From positions 96,001 to 160,000 of the forward strand of contig CAWJZV010000048.1 of NCBI GenBank assembly GCA_963847445.1: a stretch of 64,000 nt of DNA, read 5' to 3'. A program made the translations under genes and the position numbers. This document shows, piece after piece, positions 31,334 to 42,500 of the stretch (positions are counted from its first letter, which is position 1; every line of letters begins with the position of its first letter). This stretch comes from an uncultured delta proteobacterium (lineage in GTDB: Bacteria; Desulfobacterota; Binatia; UBA9968). The notes under the pieces were generated by a model. The model was not told where the DNA came from and did no database searches. It worked only from the letters and a program-made list of their open reading frames with translations.

Positions 31334-32323
31334 CTAATCCCCATAAAGCTTTTTGATAAACCCACCCTGCTCCAGTTCCTTCAAATAACTCACGTCGATG
31401 AAACTCTCCGGCGCGAGACTCTTGGCCTTAGGCGTGCGCGTGCCGATCTCGTCAAGCACCATTTGAATGCCTTTGATCGTCGGGTACGGCACGCGCGGCA
31501 TCACTTTGACGGCATAGTGCTGATAGGTTTCCTCCAAAGCGTCGGGATCGGTCATGCGCGAATACTTGCCGATAACTTTCGCCGCGAAAGCTTTATCGGT
31601 TTTGAAGCGGTGCAGCCCTTCGACGTAGGCGCGCAGATAACGGCGGACAGTGTCGGGCGCTTCGCGCATGTACGAGCGGGTCGTCACGACGCCGGCGCCC
31701 TGGTAGTCGACACCGATGGCGCTCAAATCGGCGAGCAAGCTGAAACCGAGCTTGGCCGCTTGCAGATGAAGCGGCGAAGAGAGCATACCGCCGTCGATCG
31801 CTTTCGAAGCCAAGCCAGCGACAGTTTCTTGCGTACCGCCCATTTGAATCAGCGCCACATCACGGTCGGGCTGCAATCCCCACTGGCCTAAAACATAGCG
31901 CAGAAGGAAATCATCCGAGGTGCCGAAGCGGGTGATGCCGATCTTCTTGCCTTTCAAATCCTCGCGCCGCTTGATCTCCGGCTTGACCATGATCTTCTGG
32001 CCCGGCTTATGATTGGGCCCGGCGAGCATCACCAGATCGGCGCCGGCGAGATTCGCCTGAATCACCGCGGGAATGGCGATCTCGGATATCGGAATATCTT
32101 TCGCCAACATAGCCTGCACCACGCGCGAACTGCCGGCGACGTAAATCAACTCGACATCAAGTCCATGCTTCTCAAACAGCTTGGCCTCTTTGGCGACCCA
32201 AACCACCGCCATCGAACCGACCGTCGTCGGATAAGCGACTTTGAGCTTGATCGTTTGCGCGGCAATCGGATCGACAGAAAACGCTAGCCACAGGAAAAGA
32301 GCGGAGACAACGCGTTGCACCAT
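31334..32323 (-). CDS. ABC substrate-binding protein, NMT1/THI5-like
   Basis: Signal peptide, WVAKEAKLFEKHGLDVEL, DLKGKKIGITRFGTS, FIDVSYLKELEQGGF. Confidence 0.87.
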   Translation of the reverse strand: MVQRVVSALFLWLAFSVDPIAAQTIKLKVAYPTTVGSMAVVWVAKEAKLFEKHGLDVELIYVAGSSRVVQAMLAKDIPISEIAIPAVIQANLAGADLVMLAGPNHKPGQKIMVKPEIKRREDLKGKKIGITRFGTSDDFLLRYVLGQWGLQPDRDVALIQMGGTQETVAGLASKAIDGGMLSSPLHLQAAKLGFSLLADLSAIGVDYQGAGVVTTRSYMREAPDTVRRYLRAYVEGLHRFKTDKAFAAKVIGKYSRMTDPDALEETYQHYAVKVMPRVPYPTIKGIQMVLDEIGTRTPKAKSLAPESFIDVSYLKELEQGGFIKKLYGD

Positions 32324-32363
32324 TCCGACCTTGAACATTGAACGTTTGAACTTTGAACAAAAT

Positions 32364-33443
32364 TTACGGATGCACATCTTCCAAAAACCAATCCGTGGGA
32401 ATTTCTCGTCCCACTCGCGCCTCCCGCGCCCGCGCCAATACTTCGCTGCCGACGGCGGCGAACTGCAAACCAAGGCCGACATTGTTACAAAAGCAGCTGA
32501 TCGCCTCGTCATGAACTCGTCCCGGATGCTGGCCATTGACCAACTGCGAGATCGTCGGTAGATCCCAGATCGCCGTGTCTTCACGCGTGATCGGATGGTG
32601 CCAGCCTTCGGCAACATCGGGAATCGACTGCGGATCGACGCCAATGGCGATCTGAAACGGTTTCGCCTCGCGCCAGTGGATGATCAGAGGATCGGCGCGC
32701 TTGTACGTCAGCGCATCGAGCTCACAGGGCTTAACGCACGACACATGCATGCCCGGCTGTAATATCTCACCCGGAAACAGTGCCGAGATCGAGTTGGTCG
32801 TGCAGATGACCATGTCGGCGTCTTTAATCGCTTCGGCGGCGCTGACGGACTCGATCAATTCGACGTTCACCTTACCGCGCCATTCGTCGACAAACTTGCG
32901 GCGCGACTCAGGCGTCGGGCTAAAGACTCGGACCTGTCGCAAATCACGGATCATCGCCATCGTGACCAGATGCGCGCTCGCCTGCCAGCCTGAACCGAGC
33001 AACGCCATCGTGGTGGAATTCTTGCGCGCCAGATAGCGCGCGGCGATCGCGCTGGCACCGGCAACGCGCAACTTCTGCACATAGCCATCGGGGAAAATCG
33101 CCAGCGGTTCGCCGGTCTCGGTGCTGAACAGCATGATCAGCCCCACGTAGCGGTCGCCGCCGGCCACCGGCAGTTTGTCCTTGCGCACGCCGCCCGCCTT
33201 CTCGTACCACTTGACCACGCTGGAGTTGAGCCGGAGCGCGGCGATGCCGCGATTGGGCAGCACGCCGCTCATGGTTTTGTACTCGTAGAACTCATTTGAT
33301 GACTTCGTCGGGCTGAAGACGTCGTAGCGCGGCACCGTCGCCGCCATGCCGTTGCCGAGGTCTCGATAGGCTTCTTCGAGCACGTCGAGGCACGCGCCCA
33401 CCGGAAGAATTTTTTCGATGTCGTCGTTGGAAAGAATCAGCAT
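32364..33443 (-). CDS. Ornithine cyclodeaminase/mu-crystallin family protein
   Basis: LFSTETGEPLA, RVAGASAIAARYLAR, LLGSGWQA, VFSPT, GLGLQFAAVG. Confidence 0.88.
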   Translation of the reverse strand: MLILSNDDIEKILPVGACLDVLEEAYRDLGNGMAATVPRYDVFSPTKSSNEFYEYKTMSGVLPNRGIAALRLNSSVVKWYEKAGGVRKDKLPVAGGDRYVGLIMLFSTETGEPLAIFPDGYVQKLRVAGASAIAARYLARKNSTTMALLGSGWQASAHLVTMAMIRDLRQVRVFSPTPESRRKFVDEWRGKVNVELIESVSAAEAIKDADMVICTTNSISALFPGEILQPGMHVSCVKPCELDALTYKRADPLIIHWREAKPFQIAIGVDPQSIPDVAEGWHHPITREDTAIWDLPTISQLVNGQHPGRVHDEAISCFCNNVGLGLQFAAVGSEVLARAREARVGREIPTDWFLEDVHP

Positions 33444-33593
33444 GACAACCTCCTGAGCAACCTGCGCCGCCATTCTTAGTGCTGTCCGTTGAGCTTTTCA
33501 AGCCGCTCGCTATGCATATCAAGCGGTTGACAGGGCACCAGCGCTGTTGTCTTATCGGACAGCCGAAACGCACGACTTTAGCTGAAGGCAACC

Positions 33594-34650
33594 ATGTCAT
33601 TGCACCCGAACACCAAGATCGCAAAACATCTTTCATCCATCGGCGTCGTCGTCATATGCATTCTCGCGGCATCGTTTGCTCGCGCCAATCCGTACCTGGC
33701 AAAGCCGGGCGAAGCGCCGGTCACGGTTTACGTGGCCACCTGCGCTGTTTCCGGCGGTTTCATCCAACTCTACACCGCCCTCGACCAGAACCTGTTCGAA
33801 AAGTACGGCATCGCGGTCAAGCATGTCGTCATCCGCGGCGGCACGAATATCAACCTGGCCGCCCTCGGCGCCGACGAAGTGCAGTTTCTCTATTGCGCCG
33901 CCGACTCGACTCTGCCGGGCTATGGCCGTGGGCCGGGACGCCATGCTGCTCGCTTCGCCGTTGGTCGGTTTGCCCTACGTGATTATCGCGCGCAAGGAAA
34001 TTCGCACGGTGCAGGATTTGAAAGGGAAGTACGATCGGCGTCGGCAGCGTCGCCGGCCTGCCCTATCGTCTGCTGACGAATCTTCGTGAAGAAGTTCGGG
34101 CTTAGCTGACACGCAGATCCGGCCCGTCGGCGGCAGCCAGCCGGAGCGCTACAACGCCATGATGCAGGGCGTTATCGATCTCCGGGCCATTCACACCGCC
34201 AATGGACGCGCGCGGCAAAAAGGATGGATTCAACCTGGTCTACCATATGAATGACTTGGGCTTGCCGGCGATCTACAGCTCGCTGCACACCAACGCCAAG
34301 TCCCTGCGCGAGCGCCGACAGACCGTCCAGCGTTTCGTCGCGGCGCTGGCGGAAGCCGTGAAATTCGTTGAAGACAATCCCGAAAAGGCCAAGGCGTCGG
34401 TAGCGAAGATCCTCAGAGTCAACGACGACGAGCGCGTTGCAATCCTCTTACGACGCCTATGCCAAGAAGCATGTGAACCGGCGCCTGATCGTGCCGCTCA
34501 ATGCCGTGGCGGATTCCGTGGAAGTGGCCCGCGAAGCCGGCGCTAAAAGTTACCAAGAAAGCCAACGAGATCGTCGACAACAGCTTCGCGGAGAATCTGG
34601 AGAAGAGCGGATTTTTAAAGGAGCTATGGGGCGGCAAACTGCCGAATTAA
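33594..34650 (+). CDS. ABC substrate-binding protein, NMT1/THI5-like (several frameshifts)
   Basis: LYTALDQNLFEKYGI, IRTVQDLKGK, VQRFVAALAEAVKF, IVDNSFAENLEKSGFLKELWG. Confidence 0.8.
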
Positions 34651-34672
34651 CTTTTTTTGGAGAATCAGACCG

Positions 34673-35519
34673 ATGCTAAAACCAACCGGATTTGGTAAGC
34701 GGCCACTACGAATGTCGATCCTTCACGGAATCGTTGCCGATCCTCAAAGAATTTCTCGCCCTCGAATGTCGTCGACGAAAAACGACGGCGAGAAGATCGT
34801 CAAGCATCCCGAACACCGGCTGGCAGATCGTCGTCCACGAGAACGGCGCCGACGCGCCGATCAAGTCGATGCGCAATCACTACGGCGTGCGCGTCGCCAC
34901 CAACGCCGAAGTCGATCGCGCGACGGAATATTTGGAGAGCCGCAAGAGCCAGTTCGGCATCAAAGTGATCAAGCCGCGCGAGAACCACAACGCCTACTCG
35001 GTCCACTTCTACGAACCCGGCGGCAACTACTGGGAGATCGAGTCCTACGAACACGCCGTCGAGCACGGCATGGGCAAAACCACCAACCCGCACTGGACAA
35101 AACCGCTGCCCGAAGAAGCATTCGCCGGCAAAGGCTACGTGCCCCAAGCCCTCACCCATGGGACCTTGGAGAATGACGACCTCGCCGCATCCGAACGCTT
35201 CTACAAAGAAGCCCTCGGCTTGGAAGTGGTCAAACTGTGGCCCAGCTCCTGCTACGTCAAACATCCCGACACGCCGTGGTACATCGTCTGCATCCAAGCG
35301 CAAAATCCCAACCGTCCCCGGCTGTCGCGTTACCAACGTTTCACCGTCGCCGTCGATTCCGCCAACGCGGTCCACAACGCCCATCGCGAACTTACGGAGC
35401 ACCGCGACAGCTGGCAGCTGCGCGAGCTAGAAGAGGTACGTGAATCGAATGATGCAGCGTCGTTTCTGTTTGCCGACCTAAACGGCAACTGGTGGGAGAT
35501 CAAAAACATCCAGTCCTAA
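34673..35519 (+). CDS. Two-domain VOC/glyoxalase family protein (frameshifted near start)
   Basis: NHYGVRV, SVHFYEPGGNYWEI, HGTLE..DLAASERFYKEALGL, FLFADLNGNWWEI. Confidence 0.85.
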
Positions 35520-35684
35520 AACAAGCAGGCCGTATGATTTCCAGTAGATTCTGATTTTGCCAAGTTTATCGGCGCTAACCCAAAGACATTCGTGGACTTG
35601 CAAAGCCACCCGTTGAGAGTAACCTTGGCTGGAAATACGGATTTCACAATCGGTTTCCTTGCAAGGCTTTAGCCGGAGACGACG

Positions 35685-35991
35685 ATGAACGACGCAGCGC
35701 CTCTTCACATTCCTTCTGAAGAACTCACGAACTTTTGCCGCCGCTACCAAGTGCGGGAGCTGGCTCTTTTTGGATCGATGCTGCGGACCAGACTTTGATT
35801 CCGATAGCGATGTTGACCTGCTCGTCAGCTTCGAACCCGCCGCGCGAATAACCTTTTTAACCCTAGCGAGAATGCAGCGCGAACTGGAAGCCATCATGGG
35901 GCGACCGGTCGACTTAGTCCCCCGGGATGGGCTGAAGCCGATCATTCGTAGTCAAGTTCTCGCAACCGCGCGCGTGCTTTATGCGGCGTGA
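35685..35991 (+). CDS. mntA: Minimal nucleotidyltransferase (MNT) antitoxin (extra base near 35787)
   Basis: [28 protein letters not shown] (GSx10DxD after removing one base), LEAIMGRPVDLV. Confidence 0.85.
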
Positions 35992-36337
35992 GACACTCTA
36001 TCTCCAAGATATCGTCGAGGCCTGCGACCTGCTTGCTACTTTTTTGGAGGGCATGGATGCGTCGGCGTTCATGGCCAGCGAACTGCACAAGGCCGCGGCA
36101 CTGCAAAAGCTCGCCGTGATCGGCGAAGCAGCGGCGCGCCTTCCACAGGAGTTTCGTGAAAGACACCCGGAAGTGGAATGGCGCGATATCGTCGCGTTCC
36201 GCAATATTGCCGTGCATGCATACTTTTCAGTGCAGTGGGACATTGTCTGGGCGACGGCTCATGACGATGTGCCTGTGCTTCGAAGTCAGGTCCTGCAGAT
36301 TCTGCAGAATGAAAACCTAGAACAGCCTGATGACTAA
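35981..36337 (+). CDS. hepT: HEPN (DUF86) ribonuclease toxin
   Basis: YLQDIVEAC, LAVIGEAA, HPEVEWRDIVAFRNIAVHAY (Rx4HxY); overlaps the MNT gene. Confidence 0.9.
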   Translation: MRRETLYLQDIVEACDLLATFLEGMDASAFMASELHKAAALQKLAVIGEAAARLPQEFRERHPEVEWRDIVAFRNIAVHAYFSVQWDIVWATAHDDVPVLRSQVLQILQNENLEQPDD

Positions 36338-36423
36338 ATGCATCGGGACGATGGTCCTCAGCCGCGATTGACCGACCGGTTTAAAAAAAACCGTACTCCG
36401 AATCCGTTTTCACGCACACATTC

Positions 36424-37767
36424 ATGAATCACAGGAGCGACTCCGCCGCTGGCGCGACACCACAGGCGCGTTTTTTCTACGGCTGGTATATCGTCGCCGT
36501 CGGCATTCTCGTCAACATCGCCGGCACTTTCGCCTTTTCCAGCACGTTGAGCATTTTTCTCAAACCGATCACCGAAGAGCTGGGTGTAACGCGCGGCGCA
36601 TTCTCGTTGATCCGCACGTTCGAGATCGGCGTCGCCGCGTTGATCGTGCCGATGCTCGGTTCGTGGATCGACCGCCATGGCGGGCGCGGCGTGCTCGTCT
36701 TGGGCGTGCTCATGGAAGGCGCGGGGCTGTTGCTTTCGAGCTTGGTGCAGAGTTTCTGGCAGTTCGTCGTCGTGCGCTGCTCGTTGGTCATCGCCGGCGA
36801 GGCGCTGCTCGGTTCGCTGGTGATCAACGTCACCATCGCCCAATGGTTCGTGCGCAAGCGCGGCCGCGCCATGGGCATCGCCAACCTCGGCACCGGTGTC
36901 GCCAAGCTGGGCATCCCGATCGCCGCCGCGTCGCTGTTCGTGCTGGTCGGTTGGCGCTACACTTGGGCGATCTTCGGCATCATCGCGCCGCTGTTAGTGG
37001 TCGCCCCCGCGCTGATCTTCGTGCGCCGCCAACCCGAGGACTTGGGACTCCGCCCGGATGGCGACCCGCCGCTGCCGCTGCTGCTCCGCAGCCCCGAGAA
37101 TCCAGCACCGACGACAAGCGAAAACAACCGGCGCAAAGCTCTGACGAAACGGTGTGGACTCGCGCCCAGGCAATACGGTTACCGGCGTTTTGGGTGCTCG
37201 TCATCACCTTCGGCATCGCCAGTGTTGGCATCGCCGGGTTGAATCTTCATATATTCTCTTACGTCACCGACATCGGCCACTCACCGCTCGTCGCCGCCTC
37301 GTTCATGAGCACCATCGCGATCACGCAACTGGGCTCGACGCTGGTCTGGGGCATGCTCGCCGATAAGTTCGACATCAGAAAAGTCTCTTGTATTCAGTTC
37401 CTCATCCAAGGCATCGGCCTGATCACCGCCATCACCAGTCGGCAAATTCATGTCACCTACATTGGCTTTTTTCTTTATGGCACCGGCCTGGCCGGGAGTT
37501 TCGTGCTGCGGGAAGTGATCTGGGCTAACTTCTTCGGCCGAAATTCCCTCGGCACCGTGCGCGGCCTATCGATGCTGTTCTCGCATCTGTTCGCCGCCAG
37601 CGGCGCGCCGTTTTTCGGCTTCCTTCACGACCGCACCGGCAGCTACGATCTTATCGTTCACGATTTTTTCTTGTGCGCTGTTTACGTCAGCGTTCTTGGT
37701 GCTGTTGGCAAAGCCGCCGCGGCGGGAGTCGGCAGTTGTCAGTATTCTGTCGTCCGAAGGACGGTGA
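36424..37767 (+). CDS. MFS transporter (frameshifted)
   Basis: FFYGWYIV, GSWIDRHGGR, QWFVRKRGRAMGI, WGMLADKF, IWANFFGRNSLGTVRG. Confidence 0.85.
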
Positions 37768-37801
37768 ACAGTAAACCCGAGACACCAAACTCTAAACGTT
37801 C

Positions 37802-38752
37802 TTATTCGATCCCCACGAACAATTCCTCCGCCGTGAGCTGCCGCTTGGTCAATCCCTGCTCGTAGCTGTAGAGCGCGAAGCGTTCGATGTTCTTGCGATT
37901 GGCTTCAAGGCCGTTCTTCCACGGATCGAAGCTGCAAAGATTATTCTGCCGCTCCAGCTCTTTCCTGCCCCACATCACCATGGACCAGTTGGGATCGACC
38001 CAGCGCTGCATGGCGCGGCCGCGGGATTGCTCGAAAATATCGAAAAGCGCGCGCGGCACCTCGGGATGTTTCTCGGCCAACTCTTTTTTGTAAGCCAACA
38101 CATGCATGATCGGGAAGTAGCCTTCCTCGCGCAGGTAGCGTTCTTCTTCGGCTTGCGGATCGGTGAACAAGCGATCCAAGTTCTGGTTGCCGTCGCGGAA
38201 AGGTTTGGGCAGGCGCGATACGAACATCGCTTGAATTTTACCGTCGACAAATTCCTGTTCGATCTCGGCCATGCTGTCGCGGCTTTCAATTTTTAAATCG
38301 GCGGGCAACTCGACATCGATCACCTCCTTTCCCGGCGTGATCCAAGTTACCGATTTTCGATCGACGCCGTAAAAATGCGTCAGATCGCCCTTGGCGCGCA
38401 CTCCTAGAGTATTCTGATAGCCACTCAAGCCGATACGCTTACCCATCAAGTCTCTCGGCGATTGGATGCCACAGTTGACGTTCCTATACATCTGCGACTG
38501 GCTGAACAGCCGGCGCGGAAAGATCGGCACCGCATGCACCGGCATGCCTTGGTCGACGGCGATGCAGTAGGACGAGAATGACAGCTCCGCGGCGTCGAAC
38601 TCCCAATGCTGCAAAAACCGCTCGTGACGCCCCTGCTGCGGGTCGCATTCGATATATTCGATGTCGATATCCGGGTGTTGGACGCAGCCTTCGAGCAAAG
38701 GCGCGTGCCGGTCATAGGAGCCTAGGGCCAAAGTAATTTTGAGTTTGGTCAT
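37802..38752 (-). CDS. 4,5-dihydroxyphthalate decarboxylase-like / SBP-fold protein
   Basis: LALGSYDR, EFDAAELSFSSY, PIFPRRLF, GYFPIMH, DPWKNGLEANRK, EQGL. Confidence 0.8.
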   Translation of the reverse strand: MTKLKITLALGSYDRHAPLLEGCVQHPDIDIEYIECDPQQGRHERFLQHWEFDAAELSFSSYCIAVDQGMPVHAVPIFPRRLFSQSQMYRNVNCGIQSPRDLMGKRIGLSGYQNTLGVRAKGDLTHFYGVDRKSVTWITPGKEVIDVELPADLKIESRDSMAEIEQEFVDGKIQAMFVSRLPKPFRDGNQNLDRLFTDPQAEEERYLREEGYFPIMHVLAYKKELAEKHPEVPRALFDIFEQSRGRAMQRWVDPNWSMVMWGRKELERQNNLCSFDPWKNGLEANRKNIERFALYSYEQGLTKRQLTAEELFVGIE

Positions 38753-39043
38753 GGGTCGATCAAGTATCGAACCGCGCTGAGTTCGTCAACCGTCGGGTGG
38801 CTTGGCTCAGGAAAGATTTATCGCTGCGCGCGCAATGTCAGCTTGCAACGGTACTATGCCAACCCAAAAAAACATCGGCCTAAGCGTATCACCGATGCTT
38901 TGGCCAATCGAGATTGGTAACCGGCGATTTGGCTGCGTCAGTTGCAGCCCCCGCAATGGCGAGGCTTTCCGCGAATTTGCCGTAGCTTGTGCGCGAGACA
39001 ATCTATACATAATATAATCGATTAATTGGGAGGTCGGGCTGTC

Positions 39044-39484
39044 GTGTACTATTTCGCTTACGGATCGAATTTGCATTGGCCGCAGATGCAGCGGCGCTGC
39101 CCTTCGGCGAAGTTCGTCACCATCGCCAAGCTGCCCGGCTATGAATTTGGCATAACCCGCCACTCGCGTTTGCGCGAGTGCGGCACCGCCAACGTCTGCC
39201 CCGTCGCCGGCCGGGAAGTCTGGGGCGCAGTGTACGATGTCTGCGACGCCGATCTCGACGTCATGGACGGCTTCGAAGACGGCTACCACCGCGAGATTTT
39301 ATCGGTCTACGCGCCGGACAACGGTGGTCATCCGCTGCAAGTATTGGTCTACGTCGCCGCCATCGAGAAAAATGTCCCGCTGCCCAATCCCGAATACAAA
39401 CGCTTGATCCTCGAGGGCGCGCGCCATTGGCACATGCCAAGCACTTACATCGCCATGTTGGAAACTATCGAAACCGCCGGCTAA
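39044..39484 (+). CDS. Gamma-glutamylcyclotransferase family protein
   Basis: YYFAYGSNL, VWGAVY, MDGFEDGY, PNPEYKRLILEGA. Confidence 0.88.
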   Translation: MYYFAYGSNLHWPQMQRRCPSAKFVTIAKLPGYEFGITRHSRLRECGTANVCPVAGREVWGAVYDVCDADLDVMDGFEDGYHREILSVYAPDNGGHPLQVLVYVAAIEKNVPLPNPEYKRLILEGARHWHMPSTYIAMLETIETAG

Positions 39485-39571
39485 ATCACCATCATTTAGA
39501 TCGGCACATTCGATGGACATGCAATACCCCTTGCGATAAGCTCGCGGCAATTCATCCTCCCGAAGGTTGCC

Positions 39572-42500
39572 ATGGCGTCAAAACTCACCGATCTGCGGAC
39601 AAAAACCACCGCCATGGTTCGCCATCCGCGGACCCGCAAGATCGCCATTTGGCTCGTCGCGATCGTTGTCGGTTTCGGCGTGCTCTTGGGTCTGGCCGCG
39701 CCGCCGCTATTGCGTGGTAAGATTGCTAGCGAGCTATCGAAAACCCTGCACCGTCCCGTCACCATCGAGCAGATTAAGCTCAATCCCTACACGCTCACCG
39801 TCACGGTGCGCGGCTTTCTGATGCAGGAGAAGCAAGGCCAAACTGCCGCGCTCTCGTTCGAAGAGCTGTTCGTCAATCTGGAATTACAATCGCTAATTCG
39901 CCTGGCGCCAGTGATCGAAGAACTGCGCCTGGTCAAGCCCTATGTCAATTTAGTGCGGCAGCAGGATTTCAAATATAACTTCCAAGACCTGATTGACGAA
40001 TTTACTTCCGGCCCGCCGGGGCCAACACCGCGCTTCGCATTGCATAACATTCAAATCATCGACGGCAAGATCGATTTCGACGACCAGCCCGAGAAGACCA
40101 AGCACTCCGTCACTTCACTCAAGATCGGCCTGCCGTTTATTTCCAGCTTGCCGGCGCACCTGGCGATCAAGATCAAGCCGGAGTTCGCCGCGGTGATCAA
40201 CGGCGCGCCGTTCCACCTCGCCGGCGATTCCACCACGCCATTCACAGATTCGCTTGAAAGCACACTGGGCATTAAAATCGATAAGCTGGAGATCGCCAAG
40301 TTTTTGGAATACTCGCCGGTGGCACTCAATTTCAAACTTTCATCGGGACAACTCAACGGCAAGGTCACTTTAGGCTTCAAGTCGGCGCCGAAAGCCGCGC
40401 CGGTATTGGCGCTGTCGGGCGATCTCAACGTAAACGCATTGGAGATGCAGGAGACCGGCGCCGCGCCGCTGCTCAAGCTGCCCAACTTCGATGTCGTGAT
40501 CGGCGCCTTCGAGGTTTTCAACAGCAAGCTGGTGCTCAAATCGGTGAAGTCCCAGGGCCTCGAAGTCCATGTCGCAATCGACCGCAAGGGCGCATTGAAT
40601 CTGGCCAATCTGGTGACGCCATCGGCCAACAGCCAGCCGGCCCCGGAAAAAAAAGACGACGCCAAGCCGTTCATCTACCAAATCGAGGAGTTCGCCCTCG
40701 ACGGCGCAACGATCCACTTCAACGATGAACAACCGCAGCAGCCCTACAAGACACGCCTCGACAATGTCCGCCTCAAAGTCACGGGCCTCAGCAATGAAGC
40801 CGATAAAAAGGCTAATGTCGAACTGTCGTTTGAATCTGACGCAAAAGAAACATTCTCTCACGCCGGCACCGTCCAACTGACGCCGCTGCTGGCAGACGGC
40901 AAGTTGGAGATCGGGGCGCTGCAACTCAAGAAACTCCGCCCTTATTACGGAGACTTGATCGGAGTGGAATTCAAGGACGGACTTCTCGACCTTACGACTC
41001 AGGTTGCCTTCGCGCAGAAAGCAGACGAGCCGGAGATAAAACTTTCCGAGCTAAACGCGGCGCTGCGAACATTGCGCATGGACGTGCCGGGAGAATCCGA
41101 ACCTCTTTGGCGCGTTCCGCTCCTGACCGTAAAAGACACCACGGTTGACGTCGGCAAGCGTTCGGTCGTCATTGGTTCCGTGGAAACCCGGGATGGCAAC
41201 GGCTATGTCCAACGGGAAAAGGACGGGACGATCAGCTACGCCCGCCTGCTCAAGACGCGCGGTCCTGAAAGCGCTACCAAACAGCCGGCGAAAGCAGAAC
41301 AGGCGTCCTGGACCGTGCTCACTAAGCGCGTGGCTTTCAACCGTTATAAAATTGTTTACGATGATCGCTCCCTGGCGACACCGGCGCGCATCGTCGTATC
41401 CAATACAACCCTCCGCGGCGAGAATTTTTCCAACGTGGAAAAGTCGCGCGGCAAAGCGACGTTCCAAGCCACAATCAACGACAAAGGGACCTTGAAAATT
41501 GCCGGAACTGTGGGAACTCGGCCCGTTACAGGCCGGCTGGAGGTGGATGCTCAGGGGATTGATATTCTACCATTTCGGCCTTATGTGGAGGACCGAGTTA
41601 ACTTCTTGTTCACCAGCGGTAGTATTGGCACCAAGGGTAATTTAATTTTTGATACCAGCGGCGACGGCCCGGCCAAAGTCAACTACGACGGCAGCGTCGA
41701 CATCACCGACTTTGCGACCATCGAAAAGAGCAACTCCAACGACCTGCTCAAGTGGAAATCGCTCAACTTAAACGCCCTTCAGTTCAACCTCGAACCTTTC
41801 AAATTAAGCATCGGCGAAATCAATCTCGGCGATTTCTACTCGCGCTTGATCCTCGGCGCCGACGGCAAAATGAATTTGCAAAAGCTCACGCCCGAAAGCG
41901 AGGAAAAGAAAGCCGAGCCGCCGCCGGAAAAAACCACGGCGAAAGCGCCGGAGGCAAAAGCACCGGACAAGCCAGGAGCCGCGGCTCCCTCCGCCGCAGC
42001 CGAAGAGAAAGCGATTACCATCGGCAAGATTAACTTGACTGCGGGCAACATTGACTTCAGCGACCTTTTCATCAAGCCCAACTACAACGCCAATCTCACC
42101 GGCGTTCAGGGAACGATTTCCGAGCTCAAACCGGAAACGCCCGGCGATCTCGACATTACCGCCCGCCTCGACAATGCCGCGCCGGTGGTGATCAAGGGCA
42201 AGCTCAACCCGCTGTCGAAAGAATTATTTCTCGACATAGTGGCCGATGCCAAGGACATCGAGCTGAGCCCGATGACTCCCTATTCGGGGCGCTACGTCGG
42301 CTACGGCATCGAGAAAGGCAAGCTTTCGTTCAACGTCAAATACAAGCTTGAGAATCGCAAGTTGACCGCCGAAAATAAAATCATTCTAAACCAGCTCACT
42401 TTCGGCGAAAGAATCGAAAGCCCCGATGCGACTAAACTACCGGTGTTGCTTGCCGTGGCATTGTTAAAAGACCGCGACGGCGTCATCGATATCGATCTGC

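Noticed and set aside
31334-32644. 436-aa N-terminally extended SBP overlapping the OCD gene
   Set aside because: The extension passes through the OCD 3' end and a TTGAAC repeat; the signal peptide starts at about 32323.
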